Shown here one piece after another: positions 10,544-24,128 of a stretch of DNA of 64,000 nucleotides (position 1 is the stretch's first letter; each line of letters begins with the position of its first letter). Made by a program: the position numbers and the translations under genes. The notes beneath the pieces were generated by a model. The model saw only the letters and a program-made list of their open reading frames with translations, had not been told where the DNA came from and did not search any database. The DNA lies in assembly GCA_002245135.1 (NCBI GenBank), contig NGBS01000307.1, forward strand, positions 1-64,000. Direction: 5' to 3'. Source of the DNA: Proteromonas lacertae. Taxonomy: Eukaryota.

Positions 10544-13500
10544 TTATATTGTTTCTTCTGATGCAACAGTTGAGCTTACAGTTGATACTGTATTAAGTAT
10601 TCTTTCAGTCCTTTCCGTTCTCTCAGTTCTTTCATTTTCATTTGATTGAGATGAATTAACAGTAGTATTATTAGTAGTGGTGTTTGCTGTTTTGCTTTTC
10701 ATACGTGTAGGAGTTGTTGCTGTTGATGATGGTTTTGGTTTTTTAGTCTTTCGCTTTTTTCTATTTTTCTCTCCTAATACTCTTTCATTCCATTTTGACA
10801 ATCCCACGATTAATAAAGTCAATAAAACCATACCAACTAATGTAGAAGAAACAACAACAACAATAATAATGAGAACTGAAATATGACATTCATCTGCTAG
10901 GAATCCCCACTCTGGTTCATTGTTTTTATTAACCAAACATGTTCTTGTTCTACTACCAGAATCAGTTGAATCACATTTTAGCACTTTTGTTGTATTCATT
11001 TCCGTCATTGGAAATCCTCTATCTGCTGGACAATATAACACTTTAACACCTAAAATAAAATCATATTTATCAGCATAATAAATGTTTTGAATTGTTAAAG
11101 TAAACATTGTCATTGGAGATTCTTCAACTGGAGTTCCTGATATTTCACCACTACTTGTATTAAATACTAAACCTTTTGGTAATGCTAATGTGATGGAGTA
11201 TCTAATGTTACTACCACAAGCAGGGAATAGAATATGTTTTGGAACTTTAACTCCTTTATAAAATATAATTGTATTATTTTTTATTATTTCTGTTACTACA
11301 AATGGTTTTTGTTTATATTCATAATTGAGATTAAACATTAATCTAATTGTTTTTAAACTATTCATTGCTATTACAGAATATCTCCTTTCTGTTTGGGTTG
11401 GTAAATTTAAGATGTATCCTGAGATTGTTCCATTTGTATCAGCGAATGATAATCCTTCTGGAAGATCTATTCATAATAATTATTATAACAAATATAATAT
11501 ATATACCATCTGGAATTAGTCTGTAATTAATATTTGGGCCAATCACATTGTAGAATTTGTAATTATTATATACAATACCTGGATAAATTGTTATTGATTC
11601 TTCTTTATCTATTAAGATTGGATAATCAGGTTCAACAACACCAATATTAACTGTAATATAGATTGATGAATATGAGTTTGAAATCATGAATTTAACTGGT
11701 TTTGATTTGATAAGACTACTTGCTTTTCCTGATATTAAGCCAGTATCTTTATCTATGAATAACTCTTCAGGCAATTCTAATATAAAAATATAAAAACTGT
11801 ATATATGTATACTATCTACAATTGAATATCTCAATGATTCACCTGTTACTACAAATAGAGACACATTTTTATAATTCTCAGCCATTATGAAATCATAGTT
11901 TTCTTTTTGTGTTACAAGTGTTGGATAATTACATAATTTGATTGAAATTTTGACTGAAACACTAACAGTTCCATTTGAATTCTTTACTATTATCTTATAA
12001 AGATCTTTAGAACTCTTAGATGCAACTCCTGATAAAGTTCCACTTATTTCATCTAAATATAAACCATCAGGTAAATCTATTATTCATTATAAACAATTTT
12101 AAAAAAATACTTGGATTTATTGAATAACTTATATTATTACCATATGCTAGAATTATTTTTTTATCCTTATATTTTTCACCTGTAATTAATTCTAAACTCT
12201 CATTTATTGCTGTTATGGATGGTATAGAATGATATCGAAATATAAACATAACATTAACTGTTATTTCACCATAATTATTTGTTGCTTTTATAATATATTC
12301 TTTTGACTCATATATATCATCTATAATGCCAGATATTTCTCCATTTGAAGTGTTTATTATCAAACCATTCGGAAGTGATGGAGAGACTGAATAAACACAA
12401 TTTGAACATGATATTCTAGCTAAAATAGATTTTACAGGATGTCCAACTATTATTTCTATACGATTTTTAGAATCTAACAATATTGGCGACATGTTACAAT
12501 GATTCTCAATTTCATTCCATATATTCTCCTTACAGACAAACTTCCTCAAACCTGATTGACTATTTGGACAATTCACTGTCTCAATTTGTTCTGGATTTCC
12601 ATTTGGTAGTATACCATCAATACTTTTACAATGAACATCTTTGCAAACCCAAAAACCAATATCTGAAACACTCATAATATTATTAGTTGGTCCATAATTC
12701 TGTATTTGTGTTATATTTACTCTTATTTTATTGTAACACTTTGTATCATCCAAATGAATATCTTTCATTTGTCCAGCAGAATCCCATTCAATATCATTAT
12801 ATTCAGCAAACTTAATCCATTCATTATCATAGTTACTATTACCTTCAAAACTAATATCTTTCACATATGATTTAACATTATTCGAATTACTATTTGTAAT
12901 AGTTATTGTATTGATATAAAAATGAGAAAATAATCCAAATGAATAAATAACCCAACCATATATGTTATACGGCCCATTGATTGGATATTTTTCTTCCCAA
13001 ACTGTATCTGGATTATTATCAAAACCATATCTTTCCATATTCTCATTATTCCTAGAATAATCAGATGATTCAAGTATATAACCTCCAAATCCATTCAGCG
13101 GAGTACAATAAGGAGTTTCATCGTAATATTCACCTCTAAAGTTTATAAATATCTTTTGTGATGATGGTAAAACAATAGATTTAATTGGATTAGAAAATAA
13201 CTCTATTGCAACTAATGTAAAATCAGTTCCTAACATATATGTTGGAACTACTAAATAAGTTGTGTTTGTATAAGTATCTAAGTTATAAATTTCTGTTGTT
13301 TTATTGTAGAGTATTTTACCATTAATGTACAATATAAAATCATATTCTGTTATTATGCTGATAAATGAAGATGAGAACATTGAAGTAGAATTAATGTCAA
13401 TTGATGTTCTAGCATATAAATGTTTATCATATGGAATTGCAAACAAATTCTTAAGTTTATCAATTCCCCAATTGTGTATGAAATTATAATCATTCCAACC

Positions 13501-16500
13501 TTCTTCATATTTGTAAGAATACTCAAATTCTGTATTGATACTTATCATATCATACACTATTCAATAATAAATAAATGACATATATATATATATATATATA
13601 CAATGTAAATGAAGTGTTTTCTCAACTGGATCTGACTTTGTCATATAGAAATTATTTTCTAAATTATCATAACTTGAAAAAGCAATATATCCATTACCCC
13701 AACTATCACAACTGCCTTTGCTTAATACTAATTCATAATCACCGTCTTTAATACAATAATTATTAATGTATTTCTCATTATTTTCTGATGCTGTAAAACT
13801 TCCTAACACATTTTCTTTGCTTTTTAATATATAATTCATACAGTTACTATCTTCTTTAGATATTACAATAAGACTAATTGGCTTTAAGTTATTATTTAGA
13901 CAAGATAGTGTAAAGTCTTGTGCAGTTGATCTTAACTCGATTGTAAATGGAAGCGAAACACCAACATTATTTACTGCAGTAATTGTATAGCTATAATAAT
14001 AAGAATATAATATATACTTTCTCTGTAACATTGATAAGAATACTCCATTTATCATTCCTGATGATTCATCAAAATTAACATCATCTGGAAAATAGTTTGG
14101 TTTGACAATAAACTTTTCAACATAACCTCTAACAGTTGGTATTATTCTAATATTCTTGTTTATAGGATAAACAAAATGATCACTTGGATATGATAGAATT
14201 GGTAAAATTGGATCTATTTATATATATAAATACAACCATAATTATATATATATATATACTTGTATCAAATGCAATTGGTTGTGTAAATGTTTCAAATATA
14301 TAAGAATATGATAATATTCCATCAACATATAATTCCATTTTCACTGGCACATCAATACTAACATCAACAGAATGAGTATAAACAGTCTTTGGATAACATT
14401 TAGAAACTGAATCAACAGGATCATTAGGATTTAGTTCTTGTGATGTAATTACCTCATTATTATGCAATAATTTGAATACTATCTTCTCATAAGTTGGATC
14501 ATACACTTTATCAACTGTATGAGTAAATACATAACGATGTTTATTCATCAGTTTCTGAACAACTTGAACTTAAGATGATTGGAATAACAAAATCGATATA
14601 ATCATCATCTCTATAGCCTCTTATATATAAATATAATGGAGATAAATCTGATCTAACTAACCCAGAAATAGTATTATCTGATGATTTAAATGATAAACCT
14701 TTTGGTATTCTACTTAATATTTCCATTGAATTGATTGTACCATCAACAGATGCTATTTGTAAATTTGTAGATGAACCTTTAATAAGTGTAAGCTTGTCTG
14801 TAAAAGTTTCACCAGTATCTCTATCAACTATTTTGATTGTTGTTGTGATTATTTCTTCTATTCATAATAAATATAATATATAAAATATATATACTATGAA
14901 CTGCAATAGAAATTGGTATATCAACACTCTTATCATTCACTATATCTTTCGCTTTGACAGTATAAAACTTAATATATCCATTCTGATAAGTCAATGGTTT
15001 TCCACTAATATCACCGGTTGTACTATCAATAACAATACCATCAGGTAATGGCGGATAAACTGTAAATGAATTAAATTGAGATGGTTTATCTACTATTGCA
15101 TTTGGATATGATATTAATTCATTCACTTTATATGTATATAGATAATATTTGTAATATAAATCTCCAAATACATTACCTATTCATTATAATCATATATAAT
15201 ATATATAAGATAATAAATATACTATAACTATTATCAAAGAAGTTATTATAATTGACATCATCTTCATGTTTCCATTCTAAAGTGAATATAGTGTTACCAT
15301 TATCATGATTAAATATCAATTCATAATAATAATATTCATTTCCTAATGATACAGTGGTATATTCTTCAATATCACTTTTTTTATTGTGTAATATATATAA
15401 TATATTATTTATATATAAATAAACATAACTGGATGTCTTTAATTTGATTATATAATTCCCTTCATTGTGGTACATATATATAACTATTGATTCGCATTAT
15501 AAAATCTGTTGCAAATATATTAGAAGCACCTAACCAAGGTGGAATAATTGGAATATTAACATTCTTTAAATAAAATGTGTAATAGATATTTGAATTACTT
15601 TTATTTTCAGTAGTTAAGAAGTTATCAACAACAATTAGGCTTTAACATTGATAATACAACACCATTTTTTAATATTTTTTTATTTTCTACTACTTCCAAA
15701 GTAAAATGAACCATATTTGTTATAGAATTGGAGTTTTCACACATTATACCAAACATTTTTCTTTCTTGTAATTCTGTTGCACTTCCCATAATACAGTTAT
15801 CATGTATGTAAAGACCATTCGGCAGATTTGGATAAGTATAACACCTGTTAGCATCCCCATGCTCAAATCTAAATTCTATCTTGTAAAAATGATTAATTAA
15901 AAGCCTGTGATCAAGCTTTGATAACTTCAACTTGATCACTGGGTCATTTTCTGTTGCAATGTAATATAAGGGTAGTGGCAATTTTTCAACAGTATTAGGC
16001 AGTGTGTATGTATAAGAAAATCTCCAGTCTTTAGATTCTGATCCCTTATAGTAACTAATTTCTATCTGGTGATAGCCTTGTGACAAATAAATCAATTTCT
16101 TAAATACATGTTCATATCCATCACATATTTGATAATTGTATATGATTTCTTTGCCATCTAGAGTCATTTTTGTTCCTTGATCGGCTTGACTAAAAAAAGA
16201 GTAATATCCACATGTAGATGCATAAAATAAACCACTAAAATCGATATTGAAGTGTTTAACAAAATAAGTATCGATGAAGGGAAATCTCATCATAAAACCA
16301 TTGTAAGAGCTTAATGTATCAATATTATCGATTATACCAGTATATTCTGGCTGTGATTCATAATTTTTGGACGATTCTGGACCATCTAAACAAGTAAATT
16401 CCTCTTTATTAGTAATATTGAAATGTAAGCCTCTTCTGTGATTTGTATTCATTTGAATAGCAACAGTTATATTGTATGAAGCACTTCCTTCCTCATTACT

Positions 16501-17110
16501 TGCGGTTATAGTGATTCTAGAGAAATAAATGATACTAATACATACACTATTGATGGATATAAAAAATAATTAGTAAATAGCAACTTTCCTGTGTTTCTTT
16601 CAATAGAGATTGTTGGAATAGAAAGATCTTGTTTGTCTGTCTTTAGAGTGAAGCTAAATAATTATATAAATATAAATCATACTCTGATACTAATACATCA
16701 CTATCACAATAATAAGATGCAGTTAATGGGCTTCTAATATAGAGATATTCAACTCCACAATTGACATAGTTTGGCTTTTCCCACTTATGAACTGTCGGTG
16801 TACGTGAATTTCCTAAATTAATAATACTAAAATCATCAAATATACCATTATTGTGTTCATTATCTGGTATTGGATGAATTGTATTTTCAAGCATTTTGGA
16901 AATAATCTGCTGCTTATATAAAGTAAATTCAGCTAAATTTTCACATATCTCAGTCATCCTTCTTCTCAGTAACATTTTCGGTAGATTTGATGTGGAAGTA
17001 TTATTAACCTTTAAATTTTGATTAGCAACATCTGAATTTATTTTCATTCCATAAACATCAACAGGAATGAAAGAGAATAGCAATAAAAAACAGAAAAACA
17101 AACAAAACAT
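10544..17110 (-). CDS. ~2000-aa type-I membrane surface protein: signal peptide, PA14-like domains, multiple putative-Ig (He_PIG-like) repeats, discoidin/CBM-like domain, Cys modules, TM helix, short tail
   Basis: Hydrophobic N-terminus MFCLFFCFLLLFSF, repeated LPxGLxxDxxTGxISG motifs, PA14-like FSGLFYA...GYYSFFSQADQG and TM ISVLIIIVVVVSSTLVGMVLLTLLIVGL. Ten introns (16654-16682, 16517-16545, 15177-15222, 14858-14894, 14214-14259, 13991-14017, 13557-13601, 12077-12110, 11777-11812, 11467-11506) plus two +1 indels (~15630, ~14550) join all the ORF pieces. Confidence 0.8.
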
Positions 17111-17368
17111 GGTTTTTGAAAAATATATTTTTGATGCACCTTAAAAAACAACAATAATAATCCCTTTAAATAGTGTAGATAAATGCAGAATTATGTAAGG
17201 TTACTAGTAAGCATAGAATGCTAAGCAATATCTGTCTGAGTAATAGCAAAAAAATGAAAAAGAACAAATACAAAACCATCTTTTTTTCATACCCCACAGT
17301 TCTAGATTTTTCATATTTTGGATATAAGATATCCACAGTATAATAGGTGAAATCGTTCAGACTAAATA

Positions 17369-20249
17369 ATGTCAGTCGATATAGAACGTTGCAGAGATGA
17401 TGGATACAAATCTGTTTATTTATCGTTGAACAGAATAACAAAAATAAAATCTATTGTAAAAATTATAAAGGCAGCAAGTGTAAATAATGCCAATAAATAT
17501 GTATAAGATTTTATATTACTGTTATATCGCTAGTTGTGTTATATGCCATTAAGACACAACCATCTTGTTGTATTAAAAGAAGTAAAATATGAACAAAACC
17601 AAATATATATTAAAATGCCATTTCTACATCAATTTAGTATAGATAGTTATAATTCACTGAATCTGGTGAGTAATATACTTTTACCGATTTGTGAAGGACT
17701 TAGATACATTCATTCATATGAAATTATACATGGTAGTCTCAAACCAAGCAATTTGTTTGTTGATGATTCAGGAACTATGTTAGTGAGTGATATTTGGCAT
17801 AGATTCTTATATCCTCAACATATTTATAAATTGTCAATGAACAATTTGTACTATAGTAGCCCTGAAATTATGGAATCAAAATCAATTACTCTATCCTCTG
17901 ACATATGGAGTTTTGGTGAAATAATATGCTATTGTTTCAACCATTGTAATGATATAATCCATTCAAAAAACATAAAGGATTTGTATAAAGAGATTTATAA
18001 TCTGAAAAATAACTTAAACATTAATTTAACACCTCTTTTCTTTCAACCCACATTAAGAAAGATGTTTTCAGTCAATCCAACAGAAAGACCATCTTTAGAA
18101 GAAGTATATAATCAATTGAAGAAATTGATATTTGAAAATTGTATAATTTATAATACTCTTATATTAATATAGTATCTTCTGAAGATTTATTCATGTTATT
18201 AGATGAATGTGAAGATTACGTTAACGATACAGATTCATATGATAATTTAGCACATTATTGCCTTTCTAATAATGACTGTTTTCTACAATTAATTGATAGA
18301 ATAAACAATTGTAACAATTATAAAGAGTCATTTAGAAAAATATTAATGAATGTAGGATTGAAGGATAGAGAGAAAAAAATATACATATTAAAACATCTAA
18401 AGTATAATATATACACACAAAAGTACTTTAATATGCTAAAATTAATATCAAATGATAATGAAATTGAAATTGGTATATTTTATAAATATATATAGAATAA
18501 CTATATTTTTTTGATAGATTATGATAATAATAATTCTACTCCATTGTTTTATACCAACTGTTGTAAGAATATTGTATATAGTTTGATAATAAAGAACTCA
18601 AAACCTAATATAGTAATCAAATCATATTATCAATTATCACACTTATTATATCAATTCACCAATTTAAAACAATTAACTATTAGTAATGTTAAATTAAATA
18701 ATCAAATGGAAAAGATATTCTATTCAATTGTTAGTAGAAACTCACAGTTAGTTGATTTAAAATGTTCTGATATGTGCTTAATAGATGTAAAATTGAATTA
18801 TCTAAAGTATTCACTCTTATTATTCACAAATCTAAAAAAATTGTCAGTTTCATCAGATAAAATCAGTGATGACGTTGTTGACTTAATATTACCTTATGTT
18901 ACATCTTTGCATAATTTAAAGGAATTGAATATCAGTCATAATAACATAAAAGCATTGACAAATTTACCTCCACAAGTTGACAATCCAACATCTTCATCGC
19001 TCTCGTTATTATCTTCATCATCAGCAGGAGCAACAACACAATCTTTAACAATGTCAACTCCAAGTAATGTTCAATCACTATTATGTAATAATGAAATAAG
19101 AAAATATCCATTTCAACCTGAATTATTTCATCCAATATTTTCACTTAATCACCTTGAGAGACTCAATTTAAGCTGTATTTTATTTTATTTTTATATATTA
19201 TGCTAGATAATCAAATTGATGATAAATTCTTACCAAAACTATTCAAAATAATTCCAACTTACCACTTGAAATCAATTGATATATCAGCCAATTCATTTTG
19301 TGATGTAGGATTTGTATTATTCTGCTCTTTATTATCAAAAATGCCACAACTTGAAGATTTGAGTTTTGATTCTAATAAATTATCTGATGCAAGTATGAAT
19401 TCCTTTGCTACACATCTATCAGATTTACCTAATTTAAAATCACTCAAAATTGGCTCATTTCTATTCTTTAGAAGTCCAATAGGTGATGGAAGTATTGATA
19501 AATTTAGCTATTATTTATCATGCATTCCTAAATTAGAAGTATTAACAATAACTGATACTGATATGACAGATGATGGATTCTTTTCAATAAGTGAACAATT
19601 CTCATCAATTACTAATTTACAGAAATTGACAGTTACATGTATGTTTTATTTTTTCTATTTTTATAATATCTATTTTTAGTTCGTAAATCAACTCCATTAG
19701 TGTTTAAAGAAATATGTTCTACTTTATACAATTTCAGTAATTTAAAACTATTAGATTTATCATGGAATGAATTAGGTGATACTTTTATATCAATATTATC
19801 TCAATATTTCAGTATTATATCAGGTTTAGAATTATTGGCATTAAATGAAAATTGCATAAAGGATATCAGTCTCAAAGCTATTTCTAAGAATATTCATTAT
19901 CTAAGTAGTCTACAAGAATTATACTTAAGTAGAAATAGTATTGAAGATGAAGGAGTGTTAGATTTATCAAAACACTTTTCTTCAATACAAAAATTGAAAA
20001 CATTAGATTTATCGAGTATATATATCATATCTATTTATAGTTAATATGATAAGTAATAAAGGTATAATGTATATGGCAGAATATTCTTCATATTTGATCA
20101 ATTTGGAATGTTTATCTTTTGCTTTTAATAGAAAATTAACAAGTTCATCTACTAATGATTTTGTTAAGATTATTACTCAATTAGACAAGTTAGAAAGATT
20201 ATATGGTGCTATTGATTTACCTGAAGATATTTTAATTAGACTGAAGTAA
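17369..20249 (+). CDS. Pseudokinase + ribonuclease-inhibitor-type LRR protein (start uncertain)
   Basis: Kinase fold with IIHGSLKPSNLF, SDIW, YSSPE and SDIWSFG, followed by ~28-aa LRRs (LxxLxLSxNxIxDxG). Introns 17501-17533, 18141-18172, 18473-18517, 19175-19206, 19639-19679, 20016-20040. Confidence 0.82.
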
Positions 20250-20392
20250 ATGAATTGAAGAATGCTAGTATAACATATTTATATTATATCTAATTATATG
20301 AGATAACTGCTTGTTAGTGTTAAAAAAAATAACAGTTTGATTACCCACAAACCGAAATACCGAACATTTAGATTTTAGCGTCTTTTTTATGA

Positions 20393-21056
20393 ATGAAATA
20401 TTATAAAGATATAAATTGTGTGTTATTGGGGTATATCAGTTTTATTATATTGTTATAGAAGCTATGGGGTAGGAAAAACAAAATTGGTGACTAATATACA
20501 TGGTCCTCAAAAAGAATTGGCAGAATATCTGATTGATTGCGAGTATTATACTCTAAATTTTCATTTTATTGATTTAAATTGTATAAATTATGTATTTTAT
20601 TTTTATCAGTAATAAACGGTAAAGAAGAATTTCATTTGCCTTTTGAAGGTGAGCCGGAAGTAGTGATATATATGTTTTCATTGATTTCATCAGTTTCTTT
20701 TTCTGATGTTGTTAATACAGTATTTTGATAATTATCTTATCTTATAATATATTAGTGGTGTAACATACTTCCAAAATATGAAAAAACGAAATATATCTTG
20801 TTAGGTACAAAGGTGGATAAGAGAAAAGAGGATGAAAAGAAACATATCAGATATTTTGATGTATATAATTACTGTATGATATAATTGGCAATTATAGGGA
20901 CTTAGAATGTCGAAAGAACTTATGTGTGCTAAATATATGGAGTGTGATTTTACTATGGGAGATGGAATTAAAGTTTTACATATGGTTAAGAATTTGTTAT
21001 TAGCAGATCATTCAAATGAAGCTAAGAAGATTAAGAAAAAGTGTATTATAATGTAA
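20393..21056 (+). CDS. Atypical Rho/Rac-like small GTPase with CAAX box, 5 exons (largely missed by the ORF track)
   Basis: Spliced product (introns 20431-20458, 20581-20609, 20720-20755, 20861-20897): INCVLLGSYGVGKT, VVIYMFSL, ILLGTKVDKR, AKYMEC and C-terminal KKIKKKCIIM*. Confidence 0.82.
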
Positions 21057-21160
21057 ATTAATATATCAATTCCACAATTTAATTAATTTAACATATATAA
21101 CAAAATAAAGTAAGTAATAAATCATTAATAATAAAGTGAATTAAAAATAAGTTAATGTCA

Positions 21161-21866
21161 TTACTTATCAAGTTGTTTTTGGAGATTATCCTAAATTATA
21201 AATATATATATATATATATATATACAATAACAGCTAGTATATTTTGAAGCGATTCTGCATATATCTTTTTCATTTCATCCAAGTCAACATTCTCAACTGT
21301 ACTTTCTTCAACTAATTTCCCATCTCCTATTCTCAATTTAGGATCGACTTTGATTTTATCTAGAACATAAACAGAATTGTCAGTAACTGCATGAAGATAT
21401 CCAAATGGATGTCTAAGCAAAAACAACAATAATTTCTTTTCTTTATCAGCGTAATGATCTAATTCATATTGTATAATATATTTAATAACGTCAATAGAAT
21501 CTTTCCATAATCCTCTTAATCGTGCAATTGGATACTCTTGAAGTGTTTCTGTATTCTGGTATGAAATCAACTGTTTCAAATCTTCCAGTTATTGAGGTAT
21601 ATAAATGTGGTATATCTTTTAAAAAATAATGAATAAAATGTCTATGAGATAAATAGAAAAAACATACCTGTGAATAGGAAGAACATTTTTCAATAAATCA
21701 ATTCTAGCATATTGATTCTACAAAATAATTATCATTTAAATACAATTTGAAGTTTCAAAACTGGCCATTGATTATCAAGATGTAAGTAGGATGGTTTTAC
21801 TGTTGTTGGAGATATGCTATAAGGAGTAGGTTCTGTTCTTGTTTTTATTGGTGTAACATCAGACAT
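21161..21866 (-). CDS. Hypothetical protein (3 introns, probable +1 indel near 21586)
   Basis: ATG at 21866. Canonical introns near 21718-21744, 21642-21667 and 21191-21225. A one-base shift is needed to enter the EDLKQLISYQ frame. No recognisable motif. Confidence 0.5.
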
Positions 21867-21984
21867 CTTCAAGAGATATTTCAAAAACGAATATTTTGTT
21901 GTTTCGAAACGGATATGTTTTGATTAATTTTAAACAACCAAATCTTTTAACACTACAATTACAATAAATAAGAAGTATTATAAA

Positions 21985-23257
21985 TTATGAAAATTGTTCA
22001 AAAAAGTCAGATAAAGCAGCTTTTTGGAATTTTTCTTGTAAATTGTTTATAATTTCATCTAAACCAATTCCAGAGAGAATCTTATCATATCCAAAAAATG
22101 ACATCCCAATTCTATGATCTGTAACTCTATCCTGATTCTTATTATAAGTTCTTATTCTTTCACATCTTTTCATTGTTCCAATCTGAGAAGATCTTAGTTT
22201 CTCAATTTCTAATTCCTTCTTTTCTTGTTCATGTTTATACACTCTTGATAATAAAATAGACATTGCCTTCTCTCTATTTCTTAACTGACTTCTTTCATCT
22301 TGTATAGCAACTGCTATACCAGTTGGAATATGTGTTATTCTTACAGCACTTTCTGTTTTATTCACACTTTGACCACCAGCTCCAGATGATCTATAAACAT
22401 CAATTCGAAGATCTCTAGGATTTATTACCAAATCTACATTATTAATCTATTTTATAACAATAAATAATTATATAATTATAACTAAATACTTTTGGTAAAA
22501 CTACAACACTCATTGTACTAGTATGAGTTCTATTAGATACTTCAGTTATTGGTACTCTTTGTACACGATGAACTCCAGATTCATATTTCAATCGCTTATA
22601 TACATTTTCGCCAACTATTGATATTATTCCTTCACGTAGACCACCAACTGTATTGTAATTTAAACTAAGGGTTTCTACTTTCCATTTGTTTTGTTCTGCA
22701 TATTGAATATACATATTGTATATATCAAATGCAAATAAACCTGCTTCTTCTCCGCCTGCTCCTGGTCTAAATTCCATTATTGCATTTTTATCATCTGCTC
22801 TATTTAAATATTATATAAATTAATAATTTTAAATACTCATCTTTTGGTAATGATTGTATAATAACCTCATCTTCTATTTCCTCTAATTTTGTTTTGGTTT
22901 GCTCTTTTTCTTCTTCAGCCATTTCTTTTATCTCACTTTCACATTTTGGATCTTTTATCATTACGTCTAATTCTCTAATTTCATTTTCATAATTCTTATA
23001 TTTATTCATTAATACAGCAAATGATGATAATTTACCAGCTTCCTTTGATAATTTAACAAAATCTTCTTGTGAAAGATCTGGACTTTCTATTTCTTTTTGT
23101 AGTTCATTGTAATGACTAATATTAAATACAATAGAACATACTCTAAGCATCCATACAAATAACTCTTTAATTTATTATTTAGTATCGATTTGTAACGTTT
23201 CTGAATTACAATTTTAGATCTTAATAAAAGAGATCGAGAGAAAAATGAAAAAAACAT
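21985..23257 (-). CDS. Mitochondrial/MRO-targeted peptide chain release factor 1 (bacterial RF1 type), 4 exons
   Basis: [25 protein letters not shown] (PxT motif), [20 protein letters not shown] and ERIRTYN. Presequence-like N-terminus [22 protein letters not shown]. Introns 23116-23141, 22800-22836, 22447-22489. Confidence 0.93.
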
Positions 23258-23313
23258 GAAAGAAGTAATTCTGACATGTCAAATAGTAATTTTGTGTAAT
23301 TTTGAGAAATTGA

Positions 23314-24123
23314 ATGGATTACCCATGGTTAAAAGAAAATCCTGAAGTTGATCCTGATGCTGAAGTTAACTATCCAGTTCCTGCTGAACCTGATGATAAA
23401 CGACCAAGGTATTGAAATCTTATACATAAAATAATAGATATCGAAGTTCCAAAGAAGATAGAGCAGTAAAAGTTTATACAATTGCTCAAGAATCAAATTA
23501 TCTTGTAATCAGAAATATCTCAGCAATAGGAGTAGGAGATGAACTGATTCAGTTATTAGCAAGCTATGGTACAATATTAGAATATAGATATTTGTATGAT
23601 GTGCCTGCTGCTCCATTTACTGAAGTAATGTGGGTGAAATTCAAAGATATACAATCTGCTATGTATTATTTATTTATATTTTTTGTTGTTAAATAGAGAT
23701 GCAAAAGTTAAAATGAATAAAACATCGTTCTATGGATTAGATCTTTTCATTATGTATGGTCCAGAGTATGAATCAGTTAAAGAAACTCTTGAAAAATTAG
23801 AATATAGACGTAAAACTGTTCATCAAAGAATTATAACAAATAAATTAGAAGAAGGACAATCAATAAAAGGAATTAAACCAATCAATTTAAAACCGATAGA
23901 AGCAATCACTCAATCAGATAATAATAATAATAGTAAAGAAGATATACAACTTACTAATGAAGAGAAAGAAGAGAAAAAGGAAGAAATAAAAGAAGAAAGT
24001 AAGAGTGAAACAATTGTTGATAAAGTTCATCAGAAATTACAAGGTTTGAAGAAAAAGGCAGAAGAAGATGCAAAAATACAGATGCAAGAAATCCAGCCCA
24101 AAAAGAAAAGGAAGAGGATTTAA
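23314..24123 (+). CDS. RBM48: RNA-binding motif protein 48 (minor spliceosome factor), 3 exons
   Basis: Spliced product (introns 23409-23437, 23663-23696): RAVKVYTIAQESNYLVIRNISAIGV...YGTILEY...FTEVMWVKF...AKVKMNKTSFYG...YGPEYESVKETLEKLEYR, the characteristic RBM48 RRM signature. Confidence 0.9.
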
Positions 24124-24128
24124 TTATA

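Noticed and set aside
17166..17441. Small ORFs 17166-17441(-), 7098-7394(+), 53854-54042(+), 48786-49258(+), 39273-40644(-) and similar
   Set aside because: They are low-complexity I/F/L/Y-rich translations of AT-rich intergenic DNA or antisense to real genes.
20389..20410. In-frame TAA after ATG 20389 suggesting stop-codon reassignment
   Set aside because: The ATG at 20393 gives an open, Rho-like frame. TAA, TAG and TGA all serve as terminators in this window and long exons contain none internally.
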